Source: Bacteroidia bacterium (GTDB lineage: Bacteria; Bacteroidota; Bacteroidia; Palsa-965). Taken from it: a stretch of 64,000 nucleotides of DNA. This document shows, in pieces, positions 21,095-30,279 of the stretch. Position 1 is the stretch's first letter. Every line of letters starts with the position of its first letter. The translations under genes and the position numbers were made by a program. The notes beneath the pieces were generated by a model. That model searched no databases. It had not been told where the DNA came from and was given only the letters and a program-made list of their open reading frames with translations. Location of the stretch: positions 7,244 to 71,243 of the forward strand of contig JBDSHN010000057.1 of the NCBI GenBank assembly GCA_039918435.1. Direction: 5' to 3'.

Positions 21095-22120
21095 ATGATG
21101 ATCAAAAGTAAAGCTCCTTTACGTTTAGGACTTGCAGGCGGCGGAACAGATGTTTCTCCCTATTCCGATATGTTCGGTGGTGCAATTTTAAATGCAACCA
21201 TCAGCAGCTACGCCTACGCAACGATTGAACCGCTTGATAACGGAAAGATCGAATTCGTTTCGGGCAATGCGGAAACAAAACGTATGTACGATGCAACAGA
21301 AGAATTACCGATCGATGAAAGAGCATTTGAATTGCAATGCGGCGTTTATAATCGTATCGTAAAACAGTTTTCTAAAAAGCCGCTTTCCTTCCGCATGACC
21401 ACGTGGATCGATGCGCCGCATGGTTCCGGTTTGGGAACTTCTTCAACACTTGTCGTTGCAATCATTGGCGCTTTTAAGGAATGGCTCAATCTTCCGTTGG
21501 GAAATTATGATGTTGCGCATCTTGCTTATGAAATCGAGCGCATAGAAATGAAAATGGCCGGCGGAAAACAAGACCAGTATGCAGCAACTTTCGGCGGTGT
21601 GAACTTTTTAGAATTTCTCGCCAACGATAAAGTTATTGTCAATCCGCTGATGATAAAACCGGATGTGATGAATGAATTGGAGATGAACCTCCTGCTCTAC
21701 TTCACCGAAACAAAACGCGATTCAGCCATGATCATCACGCACCAGGTCGAAAACGTTAAGAAAAATAATACCGAAGCCATTGAAGCAACGCATGAACTTA
21801 AAAAACATGCGCAGCTGATGAAAGAATGTTTGCTTCGCGGCGAGACAGATCAATTCGGCGAAATTTTAAACATGGGCTGGGAACACAAAAAGAAAATGGC
21901 CGCTTCTATTTCCAACGATCTTTTAGATTCCATTTATATTGCTGCAATGAAAGCAGGCGCGAATGGCGGAAAAATTTCAGGTGCAGGCGGCGGCGGATTT
22001 ATGTTCTTTTATTGTCCGGGCACTACGCGTTTGAATGTTGCAAAAGCATTAGAACAATTCGGCGGCCGCACAAAATCTTTTACATTTACCAATCACGGAC
22101 TCACAACATGGAAGAGCTGA
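21095..22120 (+). CDS. hddA: D-glycero-alpha-D-manno-heptose-7-phosphate kinase (GHMP family)
   Basis: APLRLGLAGGGTD, PHGSGLGTSS, GGKQDQY, GGKISGAGGGG. Confidence 0.9.
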   Translation: MMIKSKAPLRLGLAGGGTDVSPYSDMFGGAILNATISSYAYATIEPLDNGKIEFVSGNAETKRMYDATEELPIDERAFELQCGVYNRIVKQFSKKPLSFRMTTWIDAPHGSGLGTSSTLVVAIIGAFKEWLNLPLGNYDVAHLAYEIERIEMKMAGGKQDQYAATFGGVNFLEFLANDKVIVNPLMIKPDVMNELEMNLLLYFTETKRDSAMIITHQVENVKKNNTEAIEATHELKKHAQLMKECLLRGETDQFGEILNMGWEHKKKMAASISNDLLDSIYIAAMKAGANGGKISGAGGGGFMFFYCPGTTRLNVAKALEQFGGRTKSFTFTNHGLTTWKS

Positions 22121-22692
22121 ATTTTATCCGCACAAAAATTGAAGCATCGGTGAAATTAAAATCATCGTTGCTTACCAATGACACACTTCTTACTTCACTG
22201 AATAAGCTCGTTGACGAAATTGGTAATTGCTATAAAAATGGCGGTAAGGTTTTGTGGGCAGGCAATGGCGGAAGCGCTGCCGACGCACAACATCTTGCCG
22301 CAGAATTATCCGGAAGATTTTATTACGACCGCGCACCACTTTTTTCGGAAGCGCTGCATGTCAATACTTCTTACATCACTGCCGTTGCCAATGATTACAG
22401 CTATGACGTTGTTTATTCGCGCCTCACGCAAGCCATGGGAAGAAAAGGAGATATCCTCATCGGACTTTCCACCAGCGGCAATTCAGCGAATGTTGTCAAC
22501 GCATTGATCAAAGCAAAAGAAATTGGAATGATCACCTCGGGATTCACAGGAGAAACCGGCGGTGAAATGAAAGCACATTGCGATATTCTCATCAATATAC
22601 CATCGAAAGACACGCCACGCATACAAGAATGTCACATGCTGCTCGGGCATACCTTGTGTGAAATGGTGGAGATGAAAATGTTTCCGAAGTAA
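22108..22692 (+). CDS. gmhA: Sedoheptulose-7-phosphate isomerase
   Basis: GNGGSAADAQHLAAEL, STSGNS, TPRIQECH; real start ATG 22108 overlapping hddA end. Confidence 0.95.
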   Translation: MEELNFIRTKIEASVKLKSSLLTNDTLLTSLNKLVDEIGNCYKNGGKVLWAGNGGSAADAQHLAAELSGRFYYDRAPLFSEALHVNTSYITAVANDYSYDVVYSRLTQAMGRKGDILIGLSTSGNSANVVNALIKAKEIGMITSGFTGETGGEMKAHCDILINIPSKDTPRIQECHMLLGHTLCEMVEMKMFPK

Positions 22693-22740
22693 TTGGTAAT
22701 CATTAAAAAACAAAGAATTACACATTCAAAAAACAATCCC

Positions 22741-23169
22741 ATGAAAAAATTAGTTGCATTTCTGATGATCGCGCTGGTTTCCTGTACTACTTCTTCGAAC
22801 CGCACGAATATCAAGGAAGATATTGATGCTGGAAAAGTATTAGCCGATAAATATTATGCGCTGGTGAAGGTCGGATCTTATCATGAAGCTTCTATGCTTT
22901 TTGGCGGAGAGGCTTCCCCGGCAGATGCAGAAGCGCTGATCGTGAGTCTTGCAGAACCCCAGGGCGAGTTGCATAAAATAACTTTTGATTCCGGAAAAAG
23001 TGAGGTTAAGGAAGAAAACAATAAAGTCACAGGAGAAATTGACCTGTATTACACAGTGGAATATGAAAACCTGACCAAAAAAGAAGAGTTCGTCCTTAAG
23101 TTCGTTGATAATAAAATGGTCATCGCCGGTTTCCATTCTACTTTGCCGGAAGGCACAGATGCTAAATAA
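22741..23169 (+). CDS. Hypothetical lipoprotein
   Basis: MKKLVAFLMIALVSC lipobox. Confidence 0.8.
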   Translation: MKKLVAFLMIALVSCTTSSNRTNIKEDIDAGKVLADKYYALVKVGSYHEASMLFGGEASPADAEALIVSLAEPQGELHKITFDSGKSEVKEENNKVTGEIDLYYTVEYENLTKKEEFVLKFVDNKMVIAGFHSTLPEGTDAK

Positions 23170-23231
23170 TTTTAGTATTTACCCCATCAAAAAGTCGCGG
23201 GCATCGCGATTACCAATTTCGTGATTGACGA

Positions 23232-23942
23232 ATGATAAAAGAAGCTATTATATTAGCAGGAGGATTCGGAACACGGTTAAAATCTGTCATCACAGATCTG
23301 CCTAAGCCGATGGCGCCTGTCAATGGAAAACCGTTTCTGCATTACCTTTTTGTTTACCTGAAGCATTACAATATTCAAAAAGTAATTTTATCTGTCGGTT
23401 ATTTAGCTGATAAGATAGAAGCTGAATTCGGAAAAAATTACCTCGGCATTGACGTTGATTATGCTTACGAAAAAGAAGCATTAGGAACCGGCGGCGGAAT
23501 TCGTCTTGCCATGGAAAAATGTTCCGGCGCACATGTGATGGTGCTGAATGGCGATACTTTTTTTGATGTGAAGCTCAATGATTTTTTTGAAATGCATTTA
23601 AGCGGCACTTCCGATGCTACGCTTGCATTGCGGAAAGTAGAAGATGCTTCCCGTTACGGAACAATTGAGCTGGATGGAAATCGCATTGCTGCCTTCAAAG
23701 AAAAATCTGCCGCTGTAAAAGGAAGCGCACTTATCAATGGCGGCGTTTACCTTTTACGCAGGAAAACATATTTGGGAAATACAGAAGCGGGAAAGGCGTT
23801 TTCAATTGAGAATGATTTTTTTGCGAAGCTGGCCGATAAATTGTGGCTGCAGGCTTTTCCGTGCGACGGATATTTTATTGACATCGGCATACCCGAAGAT
23901 TATGGGCGGGCGCAGAATGAGTTTGAGGAATTTCCTTATTGA
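23232..23942 (+). CDS. hddC: Heptose-1-phosphate guanylyltransferase / NTP-transferase
   Basis: ILAGGFGTRL, PKPM, LGTGGG, NGDT, FIDIGIPEDY; clustered with hddA and gmhA. Confidence 0.8.
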   Translation: MIKEAIILAGGFGTRLKSVITDLPKPMAPVNGKPFLHYLFVYLKHYNIQKVILSVGYLADKIEAEFGKNYLGIDVDYAYEKEALGTGGGIRLAMEKCSGAHVMVLNGDTFFDVKLNDFFEMHLSGTSDATLALRKVEDASRYGTIELDGNRIAAFKEKSAAVKGSALINGGVYLLRRKTYLGNTEAGKAFSIENDFFAKLADKLWLQAFPCDGYFIDIGIPEDYGRAQNEFEEFPY

Positions 23943-24035
23943 ATTTTAAGCAAACAAAAAAGGGTAATCATTTCTGACGACCCTTTCCCATTATAATTTT
24001 ACAATTTGTATAAATTAATCTGCGTAATCTGTGGC

Positions 24036-25673
24036 TTATCTCTTCATTGATTCCGCCAGCTGAAACGCTGCATACACATCCACGATTCCACCGGTTTTAC
24101 TCAGCGTTTCGAATTTTACTTTTTTGTCTTTCGGACCTTTCTTCGCTGTTCTCTTTTTTGTGATCCTGTTTTTTCCACCCGGGCGATTTACTTTTGCATT
24201 CGTCACCGATTTATCTGTCGATTGTTCGATAATGGATTTTACCTCGGCTGCTGTTAATGTAGGAAAATACACAAGTAAGAGTGCTGCAACACCAGCAGTA
24301 ACCGGCGAAGCCATACTTGTTCCGCTTTCATTAAGGTAACCTCCATTTGATTTAGGCGCATTAATATCCACACCCGGCGCAAATACATCCACTTCTGTTT
24401 TTCCGAAATTGCTGAATGGAGCAACAAGGTTTTTTCCGTCTCTCCAGCTCAATGCACCCACCTCGATCCAGTTGGTTGCAATTCCACCGCCTGCAAAATG
24501 ATCATTCGGAAAATCATCATTTTTGTCATTATTCTGACTGCTGTTTCCTGCTGCATGCACAATCAAGACACCTTTGCTTTCTGCATATTTCACTGCTGCA
24601 TCCACAAGTCCTTTGTTGTACGAATAACCTTTTCCAAAGCTCATGTTGATCACCTTTGCTCCATTATCAACCGCATAACGGATTCCGTTCGCAACGTCTT
24701 TATCGCGTTCATCACCATTAGGAACAACACGAACCGACATGATTTTTACCGGGGCAGCAACACCTAATATTCCGATATTATTGAAACGGTTTGCTGCTAT
24801 AATTCCTGCTACGTGTGTTCCATGCAATGCGTCCGGACCTTTTACATCTGCATTTCCGTAATTGCGTTCTTCGTTATTATCATAATGATCACCAACAATT
24901 GAACGCGGATCGTAATCCATGTTCAGGTGATAATTTACGGTGGTGTAAAGTTGGGTAAAGCCTTCGTGAATGTTTTCGGTAAAGGCAGCGTACTCTTCTT
25001 GGTTGCCTGCAAAAGGTTTTACAAAATTGTAAATATTGAGATACTTCGCCTGTGGATTATATTTTAAATAATCCTTATACATCACAGTATCAATATTGAA
25101 TTCCTTTTTGATGTCTTCCGTCATTCCATTCAGCAGGTCGTTGATTTTTGTATAGAGATCAAGCGTTTTCTGGTTGCTCGATAATTCCGCTTCATATTCA
25201 GCATTCATCGCTGTATACTTTTTATACTCCTCTTTTTCTGTCGGAGAAACTGTGCTTTCGCTCAATCCCTGGTATTTTTTTCTTAGCGGACGAAGCAAAC
25301 GGACTAATTCGAGATTGTCGAACTCTACATTTTCACCATTCGCACCACCGATAAAATTCCATCCATACACGTCATCGACGTAACCGTTTTTGTCATCATC
25401 AATATTATTTCCGGGAATTTCACCGGGGTTGTGCCACATTACACCTTTCAGATCTTCATGCATGTAATCAACACCGCTGTCGATGACGGCAACAATAACG
25501 GTATCAGCTTTTCTGTCTTTTACAAGATCTTTATAGGTTTGTTCGGTGCGCACACCATGAACTTTGTCAGTAGAATAAGAAAGATTAAACCAGTTGGCAG
25601 GAGCTTTTGTCAATTCCTGTGCGGAAAGTGATAAGGAAAAAGCTACAGCAAAAAAGAGGATGATTTTTTTCAT
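24036..25673 (-). CDS. Secreted S8 subtilisin-like serine protease
   Basis: Signal peptide; catalytic triad motifs VIDSG / HGTHVAG / GTSMA. Confidence 0.95.
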   Translation of the reverse strand: MKKIILFFAVAFSLSLSAQELTKAPANWFNLSYSTDKVHGVRTEQTYKDLVKDRKADTVIVAVIDSGVDYMHEDLKGVMWHNPGEIPGNNIDDDKNGYVDDVYGWNFIGGANGENVEFDNLELVRLLRPLRKKYQGLSESTVSPTEKEEYKKYTAMNAEYEAELSSNQKTLDLYTKINDLLNGMTEDIKKEFNIDTVMYKDYLKYNPQAKYLNIYNFVKPFAGNQEEYAAFTENIHEGFTQLYTTVNYHLNMDYDPRSIVGDHYDNNEERNYGNADVKGPDALHGTHVAGIIAANRFNNIGILGVAAPVKIMSVRVVPNGDERDKDVANGIRYAVDNGAKVINMSFGKGYSYNKGLVDAAVKYAESKGVLIVHAAGNSSQNNDKNDDFPNDHFAGGGIATNWIEVGALSWRDGKNLVAPFSNFGKTEVDVFAPGVDINAPKSNGGYLNESGTSMASPVTAGVAALLLVYFPTLTAAEVKSIIEQSTDKSVTNAKVNRPGGKNRITKKRTAKKGPKDKKVKFETLSKTGGIVDVYAAFQLAESMKR

Positions 25674-25870
25674 TTTTGGATTTGGTTTGAATTCCGGTAT
25701 AAGGAATGATATTCGATTTAATTCAAAATTAGCAGAATAAATCTAACTGGAATTATATTGATTATGAATGGAGGAAATAAAGGATGCATGGCAGCAGTTT
25801 TCCCTGTTTTTAGCATTCATTGGTTAGCTAAAGCTTTCACCGAAATCAATACCTGTTCCTGCAAACAAAA

Positions 25871-25936
25871 AATCTGTGTAATCTGCGTAATCTGTGGCGA
25901 TGAAGGTTGCCACAGATTACGCGGATTATACAGATT
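25871..25936. repeat. 28-bp inverted repeat built from 9-bp units; 20 bp of left arm repeated at 24016-24035
   Basis: aatctgtgt-aatctgcgt-aatctgtgg-c / gccacagatt-acgcggatt-atacagatt. Confidence 0.88.
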
Positions 25937-25948
25937 AAATGAAATGAA

Positions 25949-27088
25949 TTACTTTAATACTTCTCTTGATATCACCAGTTTCTGGATCTCAGAAGTACCT
26001 TCTCCGATGGTGCAAAGTTTGGAATCGCGGTAATATTTCTCTGCAGGAAAATCTTTTGTGTAACCGTAGCCACCGAAGATCTGAACGCCTTCTGTGGAAA
26101 CGCGCACGGCTACTTCCGAAGCATAATATTTTGCGAAAGCAGATTCTTTTGTCATTTTCTGGCCGCGATTTTTCATATCTGCCGCCTGAAACGTAAGCAA
26201 TTCTGCTGCTTCAATTTCTGTTGCCATATCAGCCAGCTTAAATGCGATGGCCTGGAATTCAGAAATTGGTTTGCCGAACTGCTCTCTCTCCTTGGAATAT
26301 TTCAATGCTGCTTCATAAGCGCCTTTTGCAATTCCTAATGATAATGCAGCAATGGAAATCCTTCCGCCATCCAACACTTTCATTGCCTGAATAAATCCGT
26401 CGCCAACTTTTCCAAGCAACTGGCTTTTGTGAACGCGGCAATCGGTGAAGATCAATTCAGCCGTTTCAGATGCGCGCATGCCGAGCTTATTTTCTTTTTT
26501 GCCGGAAGTAAATCCTTTCGTTCCTTTTTCAATGATGAAAGCTGTCATGCCATGCGAATCACCTTTTTCTCCGGTGCGCACAATAACAACTGCCACATCA
26601 CCTGAAATGGCGTGCGTAATAAAATTCTTTGATCCGTTGAGAATAAAATCATCGCCATCAGCGACTGCAGTGGTTAACATTCCGCCTGCGTCCGATCCTG
26701 TATTTTGTTCTGTCAATCCCCATGCGCCGATCCATTCGCCGGTTGCAAGCAGGGGTAGGTATTTTTTCTTTTGCTCGTCGTTTCCGAATGCAAGAATGTG
26801 CCCGGTGCAAAGTGAATTATGCGCAGCCATCGAAAGCCCGATCGAGCCGCAGATCTTTGCCAGTTCAGAAATCGCAGTTACATATTCCGTATATCCAAAA
26901 CCTGATCCGCCATATTCTTCCGGAACAAGAACGCCGAGCAATCCCAACTCTCCGAGTTTTTTCATGCACTCAACAGGAAACTCCTGCGATTCATCCCAAA
27001 TCATCATTTTAGGACGAATATGTTCCTCACCGAATTTGCGAATCATTCCGGCGATCATTTCCTGGTTTTCGTTTTGAGAAAATTGCAT
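25949..27088 (-). CDS. Acyl-CoA dehydrogenase
   Basis: LTE..GSD, LNGSKNFIT, REQFGKPI, IFGGYGY, IGEGTSEIQ. Confidence 0.96.
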   Translation of the reverse strand: MQFSQNENQEMIAGMIRKFGEEHIRPKMMIWDESQEFPVECMKKLGELGLLGVLVPEEYGGSGFGYTEYVTAISELAKICGSIGLSMAAHNSLCTGHILAFGNDEQKKKYLPLLATGEWIGAWGLTEQNTGSDAGGMLTTAVADGDDFILNGSKNFITHAISGDVAVVIVRTGEKGDSHGMTAFIIEKGTKGFTSGKKENKLGMRASETAELIFTDCRVHKSQLLGKVGDGFIQAMKVLDGGRISIAALSLGIAKGAYEAALKYSKEREQFGKPISEFQAIAFKLADMATEIEAAELLTFQAADMKNRGQKMTKESAFAKYYASEVAVRVSTEGVQIFGGYGYTKDFPAEKYYRDSKLCTIGEGTSEIQKLVISREVLK

Positions 27089-27226
27089 TTATGCGCTATG
27101 GTTTTAAGGGGGAATATCTAATTATTGAGGGCGCGCAAAAATAAGGATTTTTATCAGCAAAAGGAGTGAAGGACAATGGGAAAACAGATTAATTAACACC
27201 TGTTATGCAAGAGATTACCCATACCG

Positions 27227-27748
27227 TCAATAACTGACAAGGCTGATAATATTTTCAGAGTAGGCATGCAGTTTTTTTCCGCCATCGAGAAATCCTAATT
27301 CCACGACAAAAGCAAAACCGGAAACGGTTGCATTTTTCATTTCCACGAGCGATGCCGCCGCTGCTGCTGTTCCGCCTGTAGCAAGCAGATCATCGTGGAT
27401 CAGCACATTCATTCCTTCTGCGAGCGCATCTTCATGCATTTCAATTCGTGCAGTTCCGTATTCGAGCGCATAATCGCAGCCAATCGTTTTCCATGGTAAT
27501 TTTCCTGATTTGCGAATGGGAATAAACGGAACATTCATTTCCACGGCCAGCATGTAGCCAAACAAAAATCCACGGCTTTCAATCCCGATGATGGCGTCCA
27601 CTTTTGTGTTTTTCAGTTGCGAAATAAATTCAGCAATGATCTTTTTTCCGAGTGAAGGGTCAAGCAATAAAGGAGTGATGTCTTTAAATTGAATTCCCGG
27701 TTTAGGAAAATCGGGCACGTTTCTTATTGCTTCTCTGATAGCGTCCAT
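27227..27748 (-). CDS. apt: Adenine phosphoribosyltransferase
   Basis: PDFPKPGIQFKDITPLL, HDDLLATGGT. Confidence 0.97.
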   Translation of the reverse strand: MDAIREAIRNVPDFPKPGIQFKDITPLLLDPSLGKKIIAEFISQLKNTKVDAIIGIESRGFLFGYMLAVEMNVPFIPIRKSGKLPWKTIGCDYALEYGTARIEMHEDALAEGMNVLIHDDLLATGGTAAAAASLVEMKNATVSGFAFVVELGFLDGGKKLHAYSENIISLVSY

Positions 27749-27852
27749 AAAATTTCTTTGGGTTACTTCGCATCCTCCTTTGCAGCAAAGTCAACCGCAA
27801 AAAACGGAAGACTGTAAAGTTCAAATACGAAGTGTGAAATTAAAGATATTCT

Positions 27853-28797
27853 CTATATGGAGAGATAAGGCACGATCTTATTGTACAATTCTTCCGTAAT
27901 AAGTGCACAGGATTTTATGCCGGCAACCGATTTGAAATTTCCATGCGATTTTCTATAGTTCACTAATCCATTGGCGACCGGCCAGCTGATGTAAGGCAGC
28001 TTTTTAAAATCAGGAGCCTGTGCAGCGTTGATGTTTATTTTGCGGATGTAAGAAGAATCGGCTTTTACAAAATCTTTTATAACTCCATATTTTTCTTCAT
28101 CAATACCGAACACTTCTTTCAATTGTATGACAGCATAAAATCCGCCAAGACGTTCGCGATAATCGAGAATTCGTTTTGCAAAAGAGGGTCCTATTCCTTT
28201 TACGCTGACAAGCAGGAAGCTGTCGGCGGTGTTGAGTTCTACAATCGAAGGAATTGGTGGATTCTGTGTTCCGGGTTTCGGGTTATTTGCGAGTTTGAAG
28301 TTTTCCCGTTCGGGCAATACGATAAAAGGTTCGAGCTCCTGGTAACGTTCTTCGGAAATAACAAAAAGTTTTCTGACGTCTTCCTTCGTTGTAAATTTTC
28401 CTCCTTTTGTTTCGAATTTTTTTACGGAGCGTGCTTGTGCAGGGCTTAATCCGAGACGCACCCAATCGTCGACAGCAAGTCCGTTCGGGTTGAAATTGAA
28501 AAGCTCTTTGGTGTGGTAAACGCTTTTCTGGCCGGCTTCTTCACTTGGGTTTGGGGCTCTTGGTTCGGAATTGTGATTGGTGAATTTTGAATTTGAATGA
28601 TTAAAATCAGCGGAATCGTTTTCTTCAACGGTTGCGAGAAATGCATCGAAGGAAGTGAAATCTTCTTGGGGAAGTGTGACGAATTTTCCCTGCAGGGAGA
28701 TGAATACGCTGAGCATCATTATGAGAACGAGCAGAACGGCGGTGCCATTACGTTCGCTGGCAGTAAAGGAAAATAATTCACGTATCTCCGATTTCAT
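27853..28797 (-). CDS. ComEA-like helix-hairpin-helix DNA-binding membrane protein
   Basis: N-terminal TM; FNFNPN, VELNTAD...VKGIGPSFA, ININAA HhH modules. Confidence 0.88.
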   Translation of the reverse strand: MKSEIRELFSFTASERNGTAVLLVLIMMLSVFISLQGKFVTLPQEDFTSFDAFLATVEENDSADFNHSNSKFTNHNSEPRAPNPSEEAGQKSVYHTKELFNFNPNGLAVDDWVRLGLSPAQARSVKKFETKGGKFTTKEDVRKLFVISEERYQELEPFIVLPERENFKLANNPKPGTQNPPIPSIVELNTADSFLLVSVKGIGPSFAKRILDYRERLGGFYAVIQLKEVFGIDEEKYGVIKDFVKADSSYIRKININAAQAPDFKKLPYISWPVANGLVNYRKSHGNFKSVAGIKSCALITEELYNKIVPYLSI

Positions 28798-29007
28798 GGG
28801 AAGCGAATATCGGAAAGAGATTTTAAAAAAGGGGGGCTAGCCGTTTGTAAACGGATAAATAATTTCTGAAGGGGTATATCTTGCGATTTTTTTATTGCCA
28901 CGGAGACATGGTAAAGATTTATCAGGAACTTTTCTCTTGCGATTTTTGGATTGCTAAATAACTCACATTTTCCCTAACTTTATAAGACATAAAGTCATCC
29001 ATATATT

Positions 29008-30051
29008 ATGGCAATCACCACTCTTCGCAAACCTAATCGTCTCCTTTTCATAGGAATTCCAGCGCTCATTTTTTTCTGCTGTTATCTCATAACGCTCTCT
29101 CCTTCTTTCAAAAATAATAATCAGGTCATTTCTCTTGCCATCCTTGGCGATTTAGTAATTACTGCTCCTTTACTTTATTTATTCTTCATCCGGAAAAGTG
29201 CGGTTTCTAAAATAACAATTTTAAGAATAATTTTCATTGGTATTATAGTAGCAGGAGCAATTTTGAATACAGAATCAAATCAGCTCATTCATGTTCTTAA
29301 AGTCTGGATTTCTCCTGTTATTGAATGCACGTTGATTTTTGTCCTGGTGAGGAAGTTTTACCTGGCCAATCGTCTGGCTAAGGAACAGGCAGTGGTCAAA
29401 ACAGACTTTTTAAATCATTGCAGAAAAGTGTTAACTACGATTCTCGGCAATAAAAAGGCGGCGGATATTTTCTCTTCTGAGATTGCAGTGTTTTATTATG
29501 CATTCTTTGGCAGAAAAGAAATCATTGACAATAAAAACACGTTTTCTTCCTACAAAGGAAATGGCGTTACAATTGTTCTGGGAAGTTTACTTTTTGTTTT
29601 TCTGACTGAAGCACTTGGCTCGCATTTTTTATTCGCACACTGGAGTACTACACTTGCGTGGGTGATCACTTCATTGAGTGTTTATACCTGTTTGCAATTG
29701 TTCGCGCACATCCGTTCAATAAAAGCAAGGGCGAATAAAATTCATACTGATTGCCTTGAGCTTCACATGGGAATGGCGGCTGATGCATATATCGATTTCA
29801 ATAATATCGAAAAAATTGAATTGAATAAATCAAATTTCAATCTTAAAAAAGAGAAAAGTAGTTGTAAACTCTCACTGATCGGCGGATTGGAAAGTCATAA
29901 TGTACTGATTGAATTAAAATCGCCGATTGAAGTGATTAGAATGTTTGGAATAAAGAAGCAGGCGAAAATAATTTTGTTTTATGTGGATGAGCCGGAAAAG
30001 TTCATAGACTGTGTGGTTCGTTCGCAGGAGAAATTGACTTGCTGTTTTTAA
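29008..30051 (+). CDS. Hypothetical multi-pass membrane protein
   Basis: 347 aa, about 6 hydrophobic segments, AT-rich codon usage. Confidence 0.8.
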   Translation: MAITTLRKPNRLLFIGIPALIFFCCYLITLSPSFKNNNQVISLAILGDLVITAPLLYLFFIRKSAVSKITILRIIFIGIIVAGAILNTESNQLIHVLKVWISPVIECTLIFVLVRKFYLANRLAKEQAVVKTDFLNHCRKVLTTILGNKKAADIFSSEIAVFYYAFFGRKEIIDNKNTFSSYKGNGVTIVLGSLLFVFLTEALGSHFLFAHWSTTLAWVITSLSVYTCLQLFAHIRSIKARANKIHTDCLELHMGMAADAYIDFNNIEKIELNKSNFNLKKEKSSCKLSLIGGLESHNVLIELKSPIEVIRMFGIKKQAKIILFYVDEPEKFIDCVVRSQEKLTCCF

Positions 30052-30062
30052 AATTTCACCAG

Positions 30063-30253
30063 GCCAAAGGTGCACAGTAAAAATTTGTTCAGGAACTCTC
30101 TGTTGCAGTTTTTGTATTGCCATAAAAACACAGAGGCACAGAGGCAGAGTAAAAAAATTAGGTGAAAGATTTTCTATGCGTTTCTGTATTGCCATCAAGC
30201 AACTAAGGCACAAAGCTCTGTAACAACTTTTATTTTTACTGTGGCTCTGTGGC
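30063..30253. repeat. Degenerate array of 55-70 bp units containing 8-bp cacagagg-type motifs; related unit at 28879-28954
   Basis: Recurring gcca...cacag...taaaaa...tgtattgcca; closing ctgtggctctgtggc is inverted relative to the motif. Confidence 0.6.
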
Positions 30254-30279
30254 AAACGTCTTCCAAAGCAATCTTTCTT

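Noticed and set aside
21826-22107. N-terminally extended GmhA (288 aa) overlapping hddA
   Set aside because: The extension is an alternate-frame read of hddA; GmhA homology starts at ATG 22108.
25758-26033. 91-aa ORF with CVICVICG Cys pattern
   Set aside because: The Cys pattern is just the translation of the 9-bp DNA repeat, and the ORF overlaps the acyl-CoA dehydrogenase antisense.
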